64,000 nucleotides of DNA from the NCBI GenBank assembly GCA_963713495.1, contig CAVQLX010000006.1, forward strand, positions 59,747-123,746, in the 5' to 3' direction. The translations under genes and the position numbers were made by a program. Shown piece after piece: positions 1-9,707 of the stretch; within the stretch, counting starts at the first letter, position 1, and each line of letters opens with the position of its first letter. The DNA comes from an uncultured delta proteobacterium (GTDB taxonomy: Bacteria; Desulfobacterota; Binatia; DP-6). A model generated the notes under the pieces. That model saw only the letters and a program-made list of their open reading frames with translations, did no database searches and was not told the origin of the DNA.

Positions 1-1560
1 CGGTCGCCAGGCGAAGCCCCCATCGGTAGTCTTGAAAGTCTACCGGCCCTACCGCGTATACCGCGCCGGGATCGGAGGAACCGCCAGCGTGAGGGTGGAG
101 CCGGGACAGGGGAGCCATTGCTCACGGCGAACCGGATATTCCACGCTCGGTGGTCTTGAACACGCCATCTCTTGATCATTAGGAGTCCCGGCTATCGGTA
201 CACCGTCGGGGAATCAACTGTCGGTCGCCAGGTCGCAACCAGACGACGGCGAACAATACGAACAGTTGAAATCGGATACCGGCTTACCCCAATCCGGCAT
301 CTGCCCGGATCGGACGATCTGAATACGCCCCGATCGATGGTACCTGCGTACAGGTTGCGATGGGTCAGCGGATCAATCTCAAAGAACCCACGAACAAGCG
401 GGGCAGAAGTCCCTCACTCGCGGCATCCCAGCGCATTCCCCCGTTCGTCGTCTTGAACACTCCATCGCCGAGAAGTTCCCGCGTATACCGGTCGCAGTGG
501 TGGGGATCATCACCAAGGGAGCGACAAAGCTACCGACAGCGGAGGAGCCCGGCAGACCATCGGAGGTGTCACTCCAGGTAGTGCCGCCGTTGGTGGTCTT
601 GAAGACCGCGCCGTGTAACGTGGCGTACACGGCGCTGGGATTGGCAGGATCGATCGCCAGCGTACTGACGGGGATTCCGAAAAATTAAGGATCGGCGACA
701 GTTCCCCGGAGGAGGCCGGCAGTCCCTCAAGGCCTGGCTCCAGCTCATCCCGCCGTCGTGGTCTTAAACACCCCCGTCGCTGAACGTGCGCACGTAGACC
801 GTGCTGGGAGATGCGCGGTTCTATCGCAGCGCTCAAACGATCGACAACGGAGGAGCCCGGCAGACCAGTGGACGCGTCCGATCCGCTGGTCACCCCCGTT
901 ATGGTCTTGAACACGAGGTTTTGGTCCTCGCTGATTCAGTATCCGCCAACGTAACCGTGCGGGGCTGTCCGGGTAGATTTCCCGAGCCGTGGCTTGCGGG
1001 TCGACTGCGGGGACGTTCGTCTCCGGCGGCCCACGAGCGACGTGTTCCGCTTTCGGCCGCCGTCCGTGGTCTTGAAGACCGCGTCGAGTGACACCGCGTA
1101 CAGCATGCTGGGGACTGGCAGGAGTCGATGGCGAGAAGCGGTCACCTCCAGGATTGAACTGGCCGTGGGACGAGGCCGTCGTTCACGGGACCCAGGCTGC
1201 GCCGCCATCGTGGTCTTGAACACGCGAGTCTTGGCCGCTCTGGGTCAGCAGGCTCGGTAGACTCCGCGAACACCGTGCTGGACGACGGGATCGACAACCA
1301 GGGCCCGGACGCTGCCGCTCGCTGGCAAACCGACACTGACCCTTGCCCAAGTCGCCCCTCCGTCGAAGGTCTTGAACCACCGTCGGCTGTCCCTGCATAG
1401 ACGACGTCGGTGACATTGGGGTCCACCGCGAGAGCGGTGATGACAGCAAGTGCCGGTCCGTACTCGTCCACGAGCCGGCCCAGACAGCCCTTGCGGCGCA
1501 CAATCCCACGAAGAGACATGCCTGAGGATCGAGCCACGGCCGTCGTGTCTCGGAGCGCAC
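1..1560 (-). CDS. BNR/Asp-box repeat beta-propeller protein (Ycf48/sortilin/xyloglucanase-like). The C-terminal end runs off the window start. Many frame changes and in-frame stops are present, so it may be a pseudogene.
   Basis: Minus-strand translations at 379-1613 repeatedly give V-F-K-T-T-D-G-G-x-T-W ... G-L-P ... L-A-V-D-P-x-N-P-x-x-V/L-Y-A-G-T blades. A signal-peptide-like start (MRSETRRPWLDPQACLFVGLCAARAVWAG) lies at 1560. The motifs sit in different frames in the successive ORFs 1245-1613, 1142-1585, 936-1223, 510-914 and 379-630. Confidence 0.45.
21..1400. repeat. Tandem array of about 10 units of ~145-160 bp around a conserved core CCGCCGTnGTGGTCTTGAACAC. These are the DNA-level blade repeats of the BNR gene.
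   Basis: Core copies lie at about 21, 145, 441, 584, 750, 893, 1058, 1201 and 1355, with a degenerate copy near 300. Other shared blocks (ggaggagcccggcagacca at 545 and 845, agtccctca at 404 and 721) recur at the same period. Confidence 0.7.
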
Positions 1561-1865
1561 CCACCTTTCTCGATCCGCGCAGCACGCGGAACGAGTGGAC
1601 GAGTCCTCGCCACTGGGCTTCTACGCTTCCGTCGCGCGCATGTCAGGGAGGCGGGAGGTGATGGAAGGGCGGGACTGATGAAGGTCGGCAGTCATGATGG
1701 TCTCTCCAATCACGCATCAGCCCGCATGGTCGACCAGGCGGTCTTACTCGCTGCCATCCGTCGCCGTCGCCTCGGACATCCGTCGGCTTTCACGCCAGCC
1801 GGACGTCAGGTTTCTGCGGGTCCACGTCCGGAGGACCTCAATGCGCGAACCTTTGCGCGCCCAAC

Positions 1866-2903
1866 ATGGCAGCGGCACTGCACGAAGGACCTCGCTTACG
1901 TCGCCTGACCTCGTGTGCAGATAGGTGCTTTCGAAAACGGGCAATCGTCCTCCACGTCTATCACCCCACTGCCCTTTCCGTAAAGGGCGCAGCGCACAAC
2001 CGAGCGGGCGGTTACCTGGAGGGTCTCCCGGACGGAGCGCAGTGCGGGAACTTCTGCGAGAACAGCTCGTGCCAGGCCGGTGCGTGTGTGGGGAACCCGG
2101 GCATCCACCCGTGTGGATCGGCCGACCTGTGCGACCCGACCTCGACAACGCCGTGCAAGGAATGTGGAGACGGTACGCGGCAGCCATGGGAGCAGTGCGA
2201 CGACGGAAATACCGACGACGACGATGGGTGTACCTCGAGCTGCAAGTTCTCCTGTGATCCGCAGGATCCCGTGGCGTCGTGCGGCCAGGTGATGCTGCCA
2301 ACAGGAGCGCCCGATCCGTGCCAGCGGAGCGCGTGTCAGCCTGTCGACATCAGCCCGGCCATCGAGGCCGAGGGTTTCACCTGCACAACGATCGCCGAGT
2401 GCGACAGCTGTGTGAGCGACTCGGGATGTCTGCCACCGTCGGACACCTGCGAGAACGTGCACTGCGAAGCGAACAAGTGCGTGACCCGGAGCAAGGTCGA
2501 CTTCTCGCTCGCCACGTGTGCGTTCTCCGACCCTTTCCCGGGCGACGAGCTATCGACGGATGCACATGATTGCGCGCAGTTTGCGGCTGCGAACGAGAGC
2601 GCGTGCGGCCCGACGGGCTCCCTGAACAAGCCGCGCGCGCTCTGCAAGCTGTGGAAGCTCGAAGGAGCCGCGCGGAGTCTTCTCCAGAACTCGTGCAGCG
2701 CCGACGGCACGAAGCCGAAGGCCAGCGTCATGAAACGAATCGTCCGTCCGCTCAGACAGGCCATCTTCCAGGCCAACGCGCTGCGGACGCCGTTCAAGCC
2801 GAGGATCACGCAGGACTGCTCGGACGCCCTGATCCACCGCTTCGAGCGGATGCTGACGAACCTCCGCGGCGCCAAGACGTCTGCGTGGAGCTGCTCGTCC
2901 TGA
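1866..2903 (+). CDS. Cysteine-rich repeat protein (Myxococcus-type CGDG..C-DDGN..DGC repeat). Its C-terminus carries the shared helical C-terminal module described in the findings. No signal peptide is visible, so the N-terminus may be truncated or the start shifted.
   Basis: Motif CKECGDGTRQPWEQCDDGNTDDDDGCTSSCKF plus further Cys-rich segments. The tail ...NSCSADGTKPKASVMKRIVRPLRQAIF...ITQDCSDALIHRFERMLTNL aligns with the tails of the genes ending at 23524 and 54271. Confidence 0.45.
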   Translation: MAAALHEGPRLRRLTSCADRCFRKRAIVLHVYHPTALSVKGAAHNRAGGYLEGLPDGAQCGNFCENSSCQAGACVGNPGIHPCGSADLCDPTSTTPCKECGDGTRQPWEQCDDGNTDDDDGCTSSCKFSCDPQDPVASCGQVMLPTGAPDPCQRSACQPVDISPAIEAEGFTCTTIAECDSCVSDSGCLPPSDTCENVHCEANKCVTRSKVDFSLATCAFSDPFPGDELSTDAHDCAQFAAANESACGPTGSLNKPRALCKLWKLEGAARSLLQNSCSADGTKPKASVMKRIVRPLRQAIFQANALRTPFKPRITQDCSDALIHRFERMLTNLRGAKTSAWSCSS

Positions 2904-2959
2904 ATGCCCGCGCGCGAATCGTCGTGACGTAGCGCCCGAACCCGGGGCATCGAGGCAGC

Positions 2960-3427
2960 ATGCCGAAGATCGACGTGGCAGGGCTGCCCACGATGACGGG
3001 AACGACCTATCCGGCGCCGTTCGACGAGCCGTGCCGTGGACGCGAGTCCGTCCGGCTCGGGGTCGCTGCGGGTCTTACCCAGTTCGGCGTGAACCGGATC
3101 AAGCTACCGCCCGGCGTCTGGTCGAGTCAGCGCCATTGGCACGCGAAAGAGGACGAGTTCATCTACGTGATCGACGGCGAGGTGACGCTCATCGACGATG
3201 ACGGATCGGTCGTGCTGCGCCAGGGAGACGCGGCGGGCTTCCAGGCCGGCGTACAGGTCGGTCACCATCTCGTGAACCGGTCGGATCGCGACGCGGTGTT
3301 TCTCGTCGTCGGGAGCCGTGATGACGACGACTACGGCGAGTATTCGGACATCGACCTGCAGTTCGGTCCCGGCAGGTACTCCGGAAAGGGCAGCGGCTAC
3401 ACGCGGAAGGACGGCACCCCGTACTGA
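2960..3427 (+). CDS. Cupin-domain protein
   Basis: 155-aa ORF; the pattern WHAKEDEFIYVIDGEVTLIDDDGSVVLRQGDAAGFQAG is a typical cupin_2 beta-barrel signature. Confidence 0.6.
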   Translation: MPKIDVAGLPTMTGTTYPAPFDEPCRGRESVRLGVAAGLTQFGVNRIKLPPGVWSSQRHWHAKEDEFIYVIDGEVTLIDDDGSVVLRQGDAAGFQAGVQVGHHLVNRSDRDAVFLVVGSRDDDDYGEYSDIDLQFGPGRYSGKGSGYTRKDGTPY

Positions 3428-3465
3428 TCTTCTAGCGGCCGGCGCTCCTGTGCTAGACGGCCCGC

Positions 3466-5766
3466 ATGTCGAAGCCGCTCGTCTATCGCGACGGGGAGCC
3501 ATTCCCCGGCCGTGTCGCCGCATCCTTCCGCGACTCCGTTCCCGCCTGGCCGGTGGCTGCGCGCGCGTCCGCCGGTGCGCCCAACGTCGTCCTGATCGTG
3601 CTCGACGACGTCGGCTTCGCGCAGCTCGGTTGCTTCGGCTCCGACATCGACACGCCGCGCTTCGACCGTCTCGCCGCGGAAGGTCTGCGCTACCGGAGCT
3701 TCCACACCACGGCCATGTGCTCGCCGACGCGCGCCTGTCTCCTCAGCGGGCGGAATCATCACACCTGCGCCATGGGCGGCATCACGGACCTGTGCATGGG
3801 GTTCCCGGGCTACAACGGCCGCATCCCGAAGTCGTGCGGCTTCGTCTCCGAGGTGCTGCGCCAGGCGGGGTGGGCCACGCTCGCGATCGGCAAGTGGCAC
3901 CTCGCGCCCTCCGACGAGCAGCACGCCGCCGCGCCGCGGGACCGCTGGCCGCTCGGCCAGGGCTTCGAGCGCTACTACGGCTTTCTCGGCGGCGAGACCA
4001 ACCAGTTCGCTCCCGACCTGGTGTGCGACAACTCGTCGATCCGGTTGACGCCACCCGATGGCTACCACCTCACCGAGGACCTGGTGAACCAGGCCATCCA
4101 GCGCGTGACCGACGTCCGCGTCGCCGACCCCGACAAGCCGTTCTTCCTCTACCTGGCTCTCGGTGCGTGCCATGCCCCGCACCAGGCACCCCCGGAATGG
4201 ATCGAGCGCTATCGCGGGCGGTTCGCCGAGGGCTGGGACGTGTGGCGCGAACGGACGCTGGCGCGCCAGATCGCCTCCGGTGTCGTGCCACCCGGCACGA
4301 CGCTGTCCGCGCGTCCGTCGTGGGTGCAGGAGTGGGCGTCGCTGCCGGCGGAGGAGCGGCGCGTGTACGAGCGCATGATGGAGGTCTACGCCGGCTTCCT
4401 GTCGCACACGGACCATCACCTCGGGCGCCTTCTCGACTTCCTGGCGGCGAGCGGCGAGCTCGATCGCACGCTTCTCCTCGCGCTCAGCGACAACGGCGCC
4501 AGCGCGGAGGGCGGACCGCACGGGACGTTCAACGAGAACTTCATCTTCAACGGACTGCAGCACGACGTCGAGGCGACGCGTGCAATGCTCGACCAGCTGG
4601 GCAGCGTCCACACCTACGGGCACTACCCGTGGGGCTGGGCGCTGGCGGGGAACACGCCGTTCCGCCGCTGGAAGAGAGAGACGCACGAGGGTGGAATCGG
4701 CGATCCGCTCATCGTGCGCTGGCCCGCGACTGCCGATCGTGGCGCCGTGCGTTCGCAATACGTCCATGCCATCGACGTCGCGGCGACCATCCTCGACGTC
4801 ACCGGCACCGCGATGCCCGCGGTGCTGCACGGGGTGCCGCAGGAGCCGCTCGCCGGCCGCAGCTTCGCGGCCTCGCTCACCGACGCGGCCGCCCCCGAGC
4901 ACCGCGAGACGCAGTACTACGAGCAGTTCGCCTGCCGCGCGATCTACGACCGCGGCTGGAAGGCGGTGACGTACCACGCGATGCTGGACGGCCTGTACAC
5001 GAACGAGGACGACCCGGACCGGCCGTTCGCGGAGGATCGCTGGGAGCTGTACCACGTCGCGTCCGACCCCTCCGAGTCGCGCGACCTCGCGGCTGCCGAG
5101 CCGGAGAAGCTGCGCGCGCTCCAGGAGCTCTGGTGGAGCGAGGCGGGACGCTACGGTGTGCTGCCGCTGCAGTCGCGCCGGATGTTCGCCGTCGGCCGCC
5201 CTCATGCCGTGCGACCTCGCGAGCGCGTCGTGCTGCGACCGGGCGCCGCGCCGGTGCCCGAGGACCTGGCGCCGAACGTCAAGATGCGGCCGCACCGGAT
5301 CGTCGCCGACGTCGAGATCGGAGTCGGTGGCGCCGAGGGCGTGCTCGTCGCACAGGGCGGTCGCTTCGGGGGCTTCAGCCTCTACATGCACGGTGGGCGG
5401 CTCCACTACACGACCAACTTCGCGGGGATCGAGCGCACCACGGTGTCGAGCCCGCAACCGCTCGCGGCCGGCCGCCACCTCGTCGGCGTTGCGCTCGAGC
5501 CCGCCGGCGGCAACGGCATGCGCGCCGAGCTACTCATCGGAAGCGACGTCGTCGCCGCGGTCGAGGCGCCGCGCACCGCGCCGTTCCGCTTCGCCCTCGC
5601 CGGCGAGGGCCTGTGCTGCGGCTACGACGACGGCACCCCGGTGGCCGACGTCTACGAGTCGCCCTTCGCGTTCACCGGGGCGATCCACGAGGCGGTGATC
5701 GACGTATCGGGCACGCCGGTGGCCGATCTGGTGGCCGAGCTGCGACGTGCGTGGATGACCCAGTGA
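3466..5766 (+). CDS. Arylsulfatase (formylglycine-dependent sulfatase family)
   Basis: 766-aa ORF. The N-terminal block VVLIVLDDVGFAQLGCFGS...MCSPTRACLLSGRNHH contains the C-x-P-x-R FGly motif. Sulfatase-like similarity continues through the C-terminal domain. Confidence 0.85.
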   Translation: MSKPLVYRDGEPFPGRVAASFRDSVPAWPVAARASAGAPNVVLIVLDDVGFAQLGCFGSDIDTPRFDRLAAEGLRYRSFHTTAMCSPTRACLLSGRNHHTCAMGGITDLCMGFPGYNGRIPKSCGFVSEVLRQAGWATLAIGKWHLAPSDEQHAAAPRDRWPLGQGFERYYGFLGGETNQFAPDLVCDNSSIRLTPPDGYHLTEDLVNQAIQRVTDVRVADPDKPFFLYLALGACHAPHQAPPEWIERYRGRFAEGWDVWRERTLARQIASGVVPPGTTLSARPSWVQEWASLPAEERRVYERMMEVYAGFLSHTDHHLGRLLDFLAASGELDRTLLLALSDNGASAEGGPHGTFNENFIFNGLQHDVEATRAMLDQLGSVHTYGHYPWGWALAGNTPFRRWKRETHEGGIGDPLIVRWPATADRGAVRSQYVHAIDVAATILDVTGTAMPAVLHGVPQEPLAGRSFAASLTDAAAPEHRETQYYEQFACRAIYDRGWKAVTYHAMLDGLYTNEDDPDRPFAEDRWELYHVASDPSESRDLAAAEPEKLRALQELWWSEAGRYGVLPLQSRRMFAVGRPHAVRPRERVVLRPGAAPVPEDLAPNVKMRPHRIVADVEIGVGGAEGVLVAQGGRFGGFSLYMHGGRLHYTTNFAGIERTTVSSPQPLAAGRHLVGVALEPAGGNGMRAELLIGSDVVAAVEAPRTAPFRFALAGEGLCCGYDDGTPVADVYESPFAFTGAIHEAVIDVSGTPVADLVAELRRAWMTQ

Positions 5767-5842
5767 GGGGCGGCGGTCGCGCTGTCGGGCTCTGTGTCGA
5801 TTTCCTCGACGCCGTGACCTGGTGAGGTATAGTCCGCCGCTG

Positions 5843-6800
5843 ATGCGCGCCACCTGGCTCGTTGCCTCGGGTGCCTTGCCCTCGCGACCTCTGCCGAGGC
5901 CAGGCGCCTCCACCTGCACAAGCCGCGGCACGGATTCCAGATGCGGATGACGTCGTTCGTCGTCCAGCCCGGCGCCGACCGCGAGGGCTGCGAGTACGCG
6001 GTCGCGCCGAACCGCCGGCCGATGGACGTCGCCGGCTTCGAGCTGAACGTCACGCCCGGGGCGCATCACTTCGTGCTGTGGGAGTACCTCGGCAAGGATC
6101 AGTCGAGCACCGACTTCTGGACCGGCATCCAGTATGCGCCGGGCTGCGTCGGCCTTGGCCCGCAGGACGCCTTCGTCAGCAACGCAAACCTGTTCGGCAT
6201 GGTGTCGTCGGCGACGAAGCGGATCCGTTTCCCGCCTGGCGTGGCGGTACGTCTCGAGCCTCACGCGATCGTCTACCCGAACCTCCATTTCACAACTACA
6301 CGACGGCTCCGATCGACCGCGCAGGCGGTGTTCAACCTCATTCCGGCGCGTCCGGGCAGCGTGAAGCACCACGCGCAGGCGTTCACCGTCGGCTCGTACA
6401 ACATCAACATCCCTGCGCAGGGCACCGCGTCGCTGACCGGCGAGTGGCGTGCCCCCGCCAACATGAACCTCGTGCAGATATCCACCCATCAGCACCATCG
6501 CGGGACGCGGATGACCGTCGACCAGATCGACGCCGCCGGCAACGACGTCGGAGAGCTGGTGACCTCGCCCGACTGGGAGCACCCGTCCGTGACCTGGTAC
6601 ACCACGGCGAAGCCGATCCGGCGCGGGCGAGGGCCTGCGCTTCACGTGCGAATGGAGCAATCCCGACGACCATCCGGTCCACTTCGGCGTGACGACCGAG
6701 GACGAGATGTGCTTCGTCGGCGGATACTTCTACCCGGATGACGATGGCGCCACGGTGTCGGGACCGGGCTGCGTGCCCCAGGGCTCTGGCCTGCGAGTGC
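5843..6800 (+). CDS. Copper type II ascorbate-dependent monooxygenase-like protein (PHM/DBH-like). Two or more frameshifts; the 3' end is uncertain.
   Basis: The main frame from 5941 carries GAHHFVLWEY ... LHFT ... STHQHHRG (CuH/CuM-like His clusters). After a frame change near 6630 it continues as GLRFTCEWSNPDDHPVHFGVTTEDEMCFVGGYFYPDD (TxDEMC Met-ligand motif). A signal-like N-terminus (MRA..LARCLGCLALATSAEA) is split between two frames at 5843-5900. Confidence 0.5.
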
Positions 6801-6890
6801 TTCGTCCCGAACGTCGCCACGACGCGCGCCGTAGCGCCGTTATCGACTCAATATCGCATCCGGCGGCGCCGTCTCCGGCGCTTCGGGCAA

Positions 6891-7739
6891 TCACTCCTTG
6901 TGCCCATTGTACGCGACGTCGCCGTGTGGACTGTAGGAGAGCGCCGGCGGCTGCTTCGTCAGCTCGAGATGGAACGAGGTGTCGTCACCGACGCTCTGGA
7001 TTCCTTCGCCGACCCGCGTCAGCTCGACCTCGACCGTGTCCAGTCGCTCGTAGTCGGAGGTGATGCGAACACGGCGCGGGCTCACCTTGACGACCGTGAC
7101 CGTCACGTCCGATCTGCTGCTGCCCTTGGCGTCGGACGTGACCTCGCCATGGTAGACGCCGCTCGCGAGATCGGCGAGATCGACATGGCCGGCGGCCGGG
7201 CCTGGTACCTGCGCCGGCCGTCGCAGGAACAACGCTGCGCCCAGCCCGAGCACGACCACCGCGAGGACGCCGCCGAGGAGGAGCCCGCGTCTCGACATCT
7301 GCCGCGGCGTCCGGGCCGTCGGCACCTGCCGTGACGAGGGCGCAGACGTCCGCCCGACTCGGTCGGCGATGCCCGCGCAGAGAGCCTGGAAGCCCTCGTG
7401 CGGCGTGTCGCCGGTCCAGTCGGCGAGGTCCACCGTCTGCTTGCGCCGGAACTCCAGCGGCAGCCTGACGCGGTCGATCGATGCGGGGACGAGGACGTCG
7501 CGCTCTGCCGCGGCCGCGGCTTCGTTCTTCACCCACTCCGACGTGACCGAGCTCCTGGACCAGAGCACGACGACGCTCCTGGCGGTCTCGAGCTCGCGCT
7601 CGATGGCCTCGTCGAACGCGTGGCCGGCGACGATCTTCCGATCCCACCACACCGACCAGCCGGCTGCCTCGAGCGACCGGGCAAGGGTGGCAGCTCGCTC
7701 GCGGTCCTCGTTCGCGTAGCTGAGAAAGACGTCCGTCAC
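6891..7739 (-). CDS. TIR-domain protein with one transmembrane helix and a ~110-aa extracytoplasmic C-terminal domain
   Basis: The N-terminus (M)TDVFLSYANEDRERAATLARSLEAAGWSVWWDRKIVAGHAFDEAIERELETARSVVVLWSRSSVTSEWVKNEAAAAAERDVLVP is a bacterial TIR (TIR_2) signature. The hydrophobic stretch RRGLLLGGVLAVVVLGLGAALFLRR follows, then a beta-rich tail. The start codon is GTG with no obvious Shine-Dalgarno. Confidence 0.7.
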   Translation of the reverse strand: MTDVFLSYANEDRERAATLARSLEAAGWSVWWDRKIVAGHAFDEAIERELETARSVVVLWSRSSVTSEWVKNEAAAAAERDVLVPASIDRVRLPLEFRRKQTVDLADWTGDTPHEGFQALCAGIADRVGRTSAPSSRQVPTARTPRQMSRRGLLLGGVLAVVVLGLGAALFLRRPAQVPGPAAGHVDLADLASGVYHGEVTSDAKGSSRSDVTVTVVKVSPRRVRITSDYERLDTVEVELTRVGEGIQSVGDDTSFHLELTKQPPALSYSPHGDVAYNGHKE

Positions 7740-7925
7740 GGCGCGCGATGTTCATCCGTCGCCGAGCCCGGCGCAAGGCACCGGAACGAACGGTAGGACC
7801 GTCGACCGACGTCGTGTGCTCCGCCTGCTGAGTCCGAGGGCGCACGAATCTCCTTGACCGTTCGGTTCGCCGCGCGAAGCTGACTCAAAGTGCTCGACTG
7901 ACGAGGCGAGCGCCGGGGCGGGCAG

Positions 7926-9093
7926 TCAGTGCCGCCGCGTGGCGACGTCCGGGTTCTCCGCGGCCAGCCCCCGGGCGAGCCAGCAACGCGCGCTCCGGTC
8001 GCCGCCGAGAGAGGCGTCGAAGAACGCCGCCGCGACGATGCGTGTCAGCTCGTGCTGGCGCTCGAAGTCGAGCGTCGCCAGCGGCGGCGCCGCCTGGCAG
8101 GGCGGTGAGCACGCGTCGCTCGCGACCCCCGCAGCGCGTCCACCCGGGAGCGGCGGGAAGAACGGGCTGGATCCGATCGCCCCGAGCAACGAGGCGCACC
8201 CGAGACGATCGATGTCCGCGGGCGTGCCGAGTGCACTGGCGAATCCCGTGAAGCCGAGGTGCGAGCCGCCGTGCAGCTCGACGAGCGTGCGTGGACCGCG
8301 CGCACGCCGGACGACGCGGAGCCCGTTCTCCTCGATCGGCGCGAGACCGTCGGTATCGCCTTGCAGGACCAGCAAGGGCAGGCTGCATGCCCTTGTAGAA
8401 TGCCCGCGTGAACGCGCACGAGAACGCCGGCGCGATCGGCAGGACGGCGCGGATGCGGCGGTCGCGGAGTTCCCGATGGTAGGTGAGCAGCATGACGGTC
8501 GCCGCGCCGAGGGAGAGACCGCTCGCGATGACCAGCGCGACGTCGACCGCACCCGCCAAGCCACCATCTCCGGCGAGGAGATGCTCCAGAACCGCACGCA
8601 GATCACCAGGCTGGTTCGCGAGATCGTCGGGTGTCGCACCGCACGGCGCACCGAGCTTGCCGAGCGGGAAGTCGACCGCGGCCACGATGTAGCCGCGACT
8701 GGCGAGATGCTCCGCGAGGTACGCTTCGCCTGTGCGACTGTCCTGCAGCGCATGCCCGTAGAGGACGAGCGGGTAGGGTGCCCCGCTGGTGTCGAGTGGA
8801 GCGTCGCGCAGCGCCGTACCGGTCGGCGGCGCCGCAGCGGGGTACCACACCTCGGTGTCGAGCGGACGAAAGGGCGTCCCCGCGAAGGAGCCGTTGAGCG
8901 GCGTGGCGCACGTCTGATCGATGAACCGCAGTGTCCGGACACCCACCGACCATGGCCCGCGGCTGGCGAAATCTGCCGTCTGGCGCGCACGCACGCCGCG
9001 ACACCCCGAGCGGGCGCTCGCGATCGTGGGGAGCGCCGTCGCGATGGAAAGTGCGGCGGCGAGAACCCGGATCACCTTGCTTAGGTGCGCCAT
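7926..9093 (-). CDS. Secreted alpha/beta hydrolase (PAF-acetylhydrolase/dienelactone-hydrolase-like), with one frameshift near 8400
   Basis: Signal peptide MAHLSKVIRVLAAALSIATALPTIASA. The G-x-S-x-G block ASGLSLGAA sits in the 9093-8400 frame; the C-terminal LLVLQGDTDGLAPIE...HGGSHLGF sits in the 8990-7926 frame. Confidence 0.6.
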
Positions 9094-9217
9094 GAGCAGC
9101 GGCGGGGGGACATAGCACGCATCGGCTGGAACAAGCACATCCGCGGCAGGTTCCTGCGCCACACCAGCAACGAGGTGCGGACGTGGACACAACGCTTCGG
9201 CTGCGCGAGGATCACGT

Positions 9218-9590
9218 ATGGTAACGCGATCGCTCCGCTTCGTGCCCATCCGTCTGGCGTGTCTGACCATCGCCGTCGTGGTGATCGCGTCATCCGTGCG
9301 ACCTCGCGTGGCGTCAGCAGCGTCTGCCAGCGCGGCGGACGCGGCGCTCGACCGCGCGCTGCGCGAGCTGGTGGCGATGCCCGGCGGCCCGCCGAGCGCG
9401 ACCGCGATCGTGCAGCGCGGCCCGGCGTTCGGCGTGCACACGGCCGGAATCGCCGTGGTGGGCGAACCCGACCAGCCGCGGAAGAGCGACCACATGCGCA
9501 TCGCGAGCGTCGCGAAGGCGTTCAGCGGAGCCGTCGCATTGTCGCTGGTCGACGCCGGCGTGTTCTCGCTCGACGATGACGATCAGCCTC
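9218..9590 (+). pseudogene. N-terminal remnant of a serine beta-lactamase/PBP-family hydrolase, truncated after ~125 aa
   Basis: Signal-like N-terminus, then the S-x-x-K block RIASVAKAFSGAVALSLVDAGVFSLDD. The remainder is Arg-rich noise overlapping the 9708-11198 gene on the opposite strand. Confidence 0.4.
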
Positions 9591-9707
9591 CAGCGGACCA
9601 GAAGAGCGAGGGGTGGCAGTCCGTCTTCCAGGCGCTCCGGGACGCCGAGGGGCGGGCGGTCTGCGCCGCGCTCGCTGACGGGAAGTATCGCTTGAGCGCG
9701 CCGCAGC

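Noticed and set aside
21-1400. A regularly spaced repeat array that could be mistaken for a CRISPR array
   Set aside because: The period is ~150 bp, not 60-70 bp. The repeats are imperfect and encode BNR propeller blades on the minus strand. There is no short repeat/unique-spacer alternation and no cas genes.
3318-5825. 835-aa Arg/Ala/Pro-rich ORF (and similar ORFs at 3397-5478 minus, 18756-21101, 38973-41546 and 21058-22869)
   Set aside because: These are typical high-GC shadow ORFs (Arg/Ala/Gly/Pro-dominated, no motifs) overlapping genuine genes that carry conserved domains.
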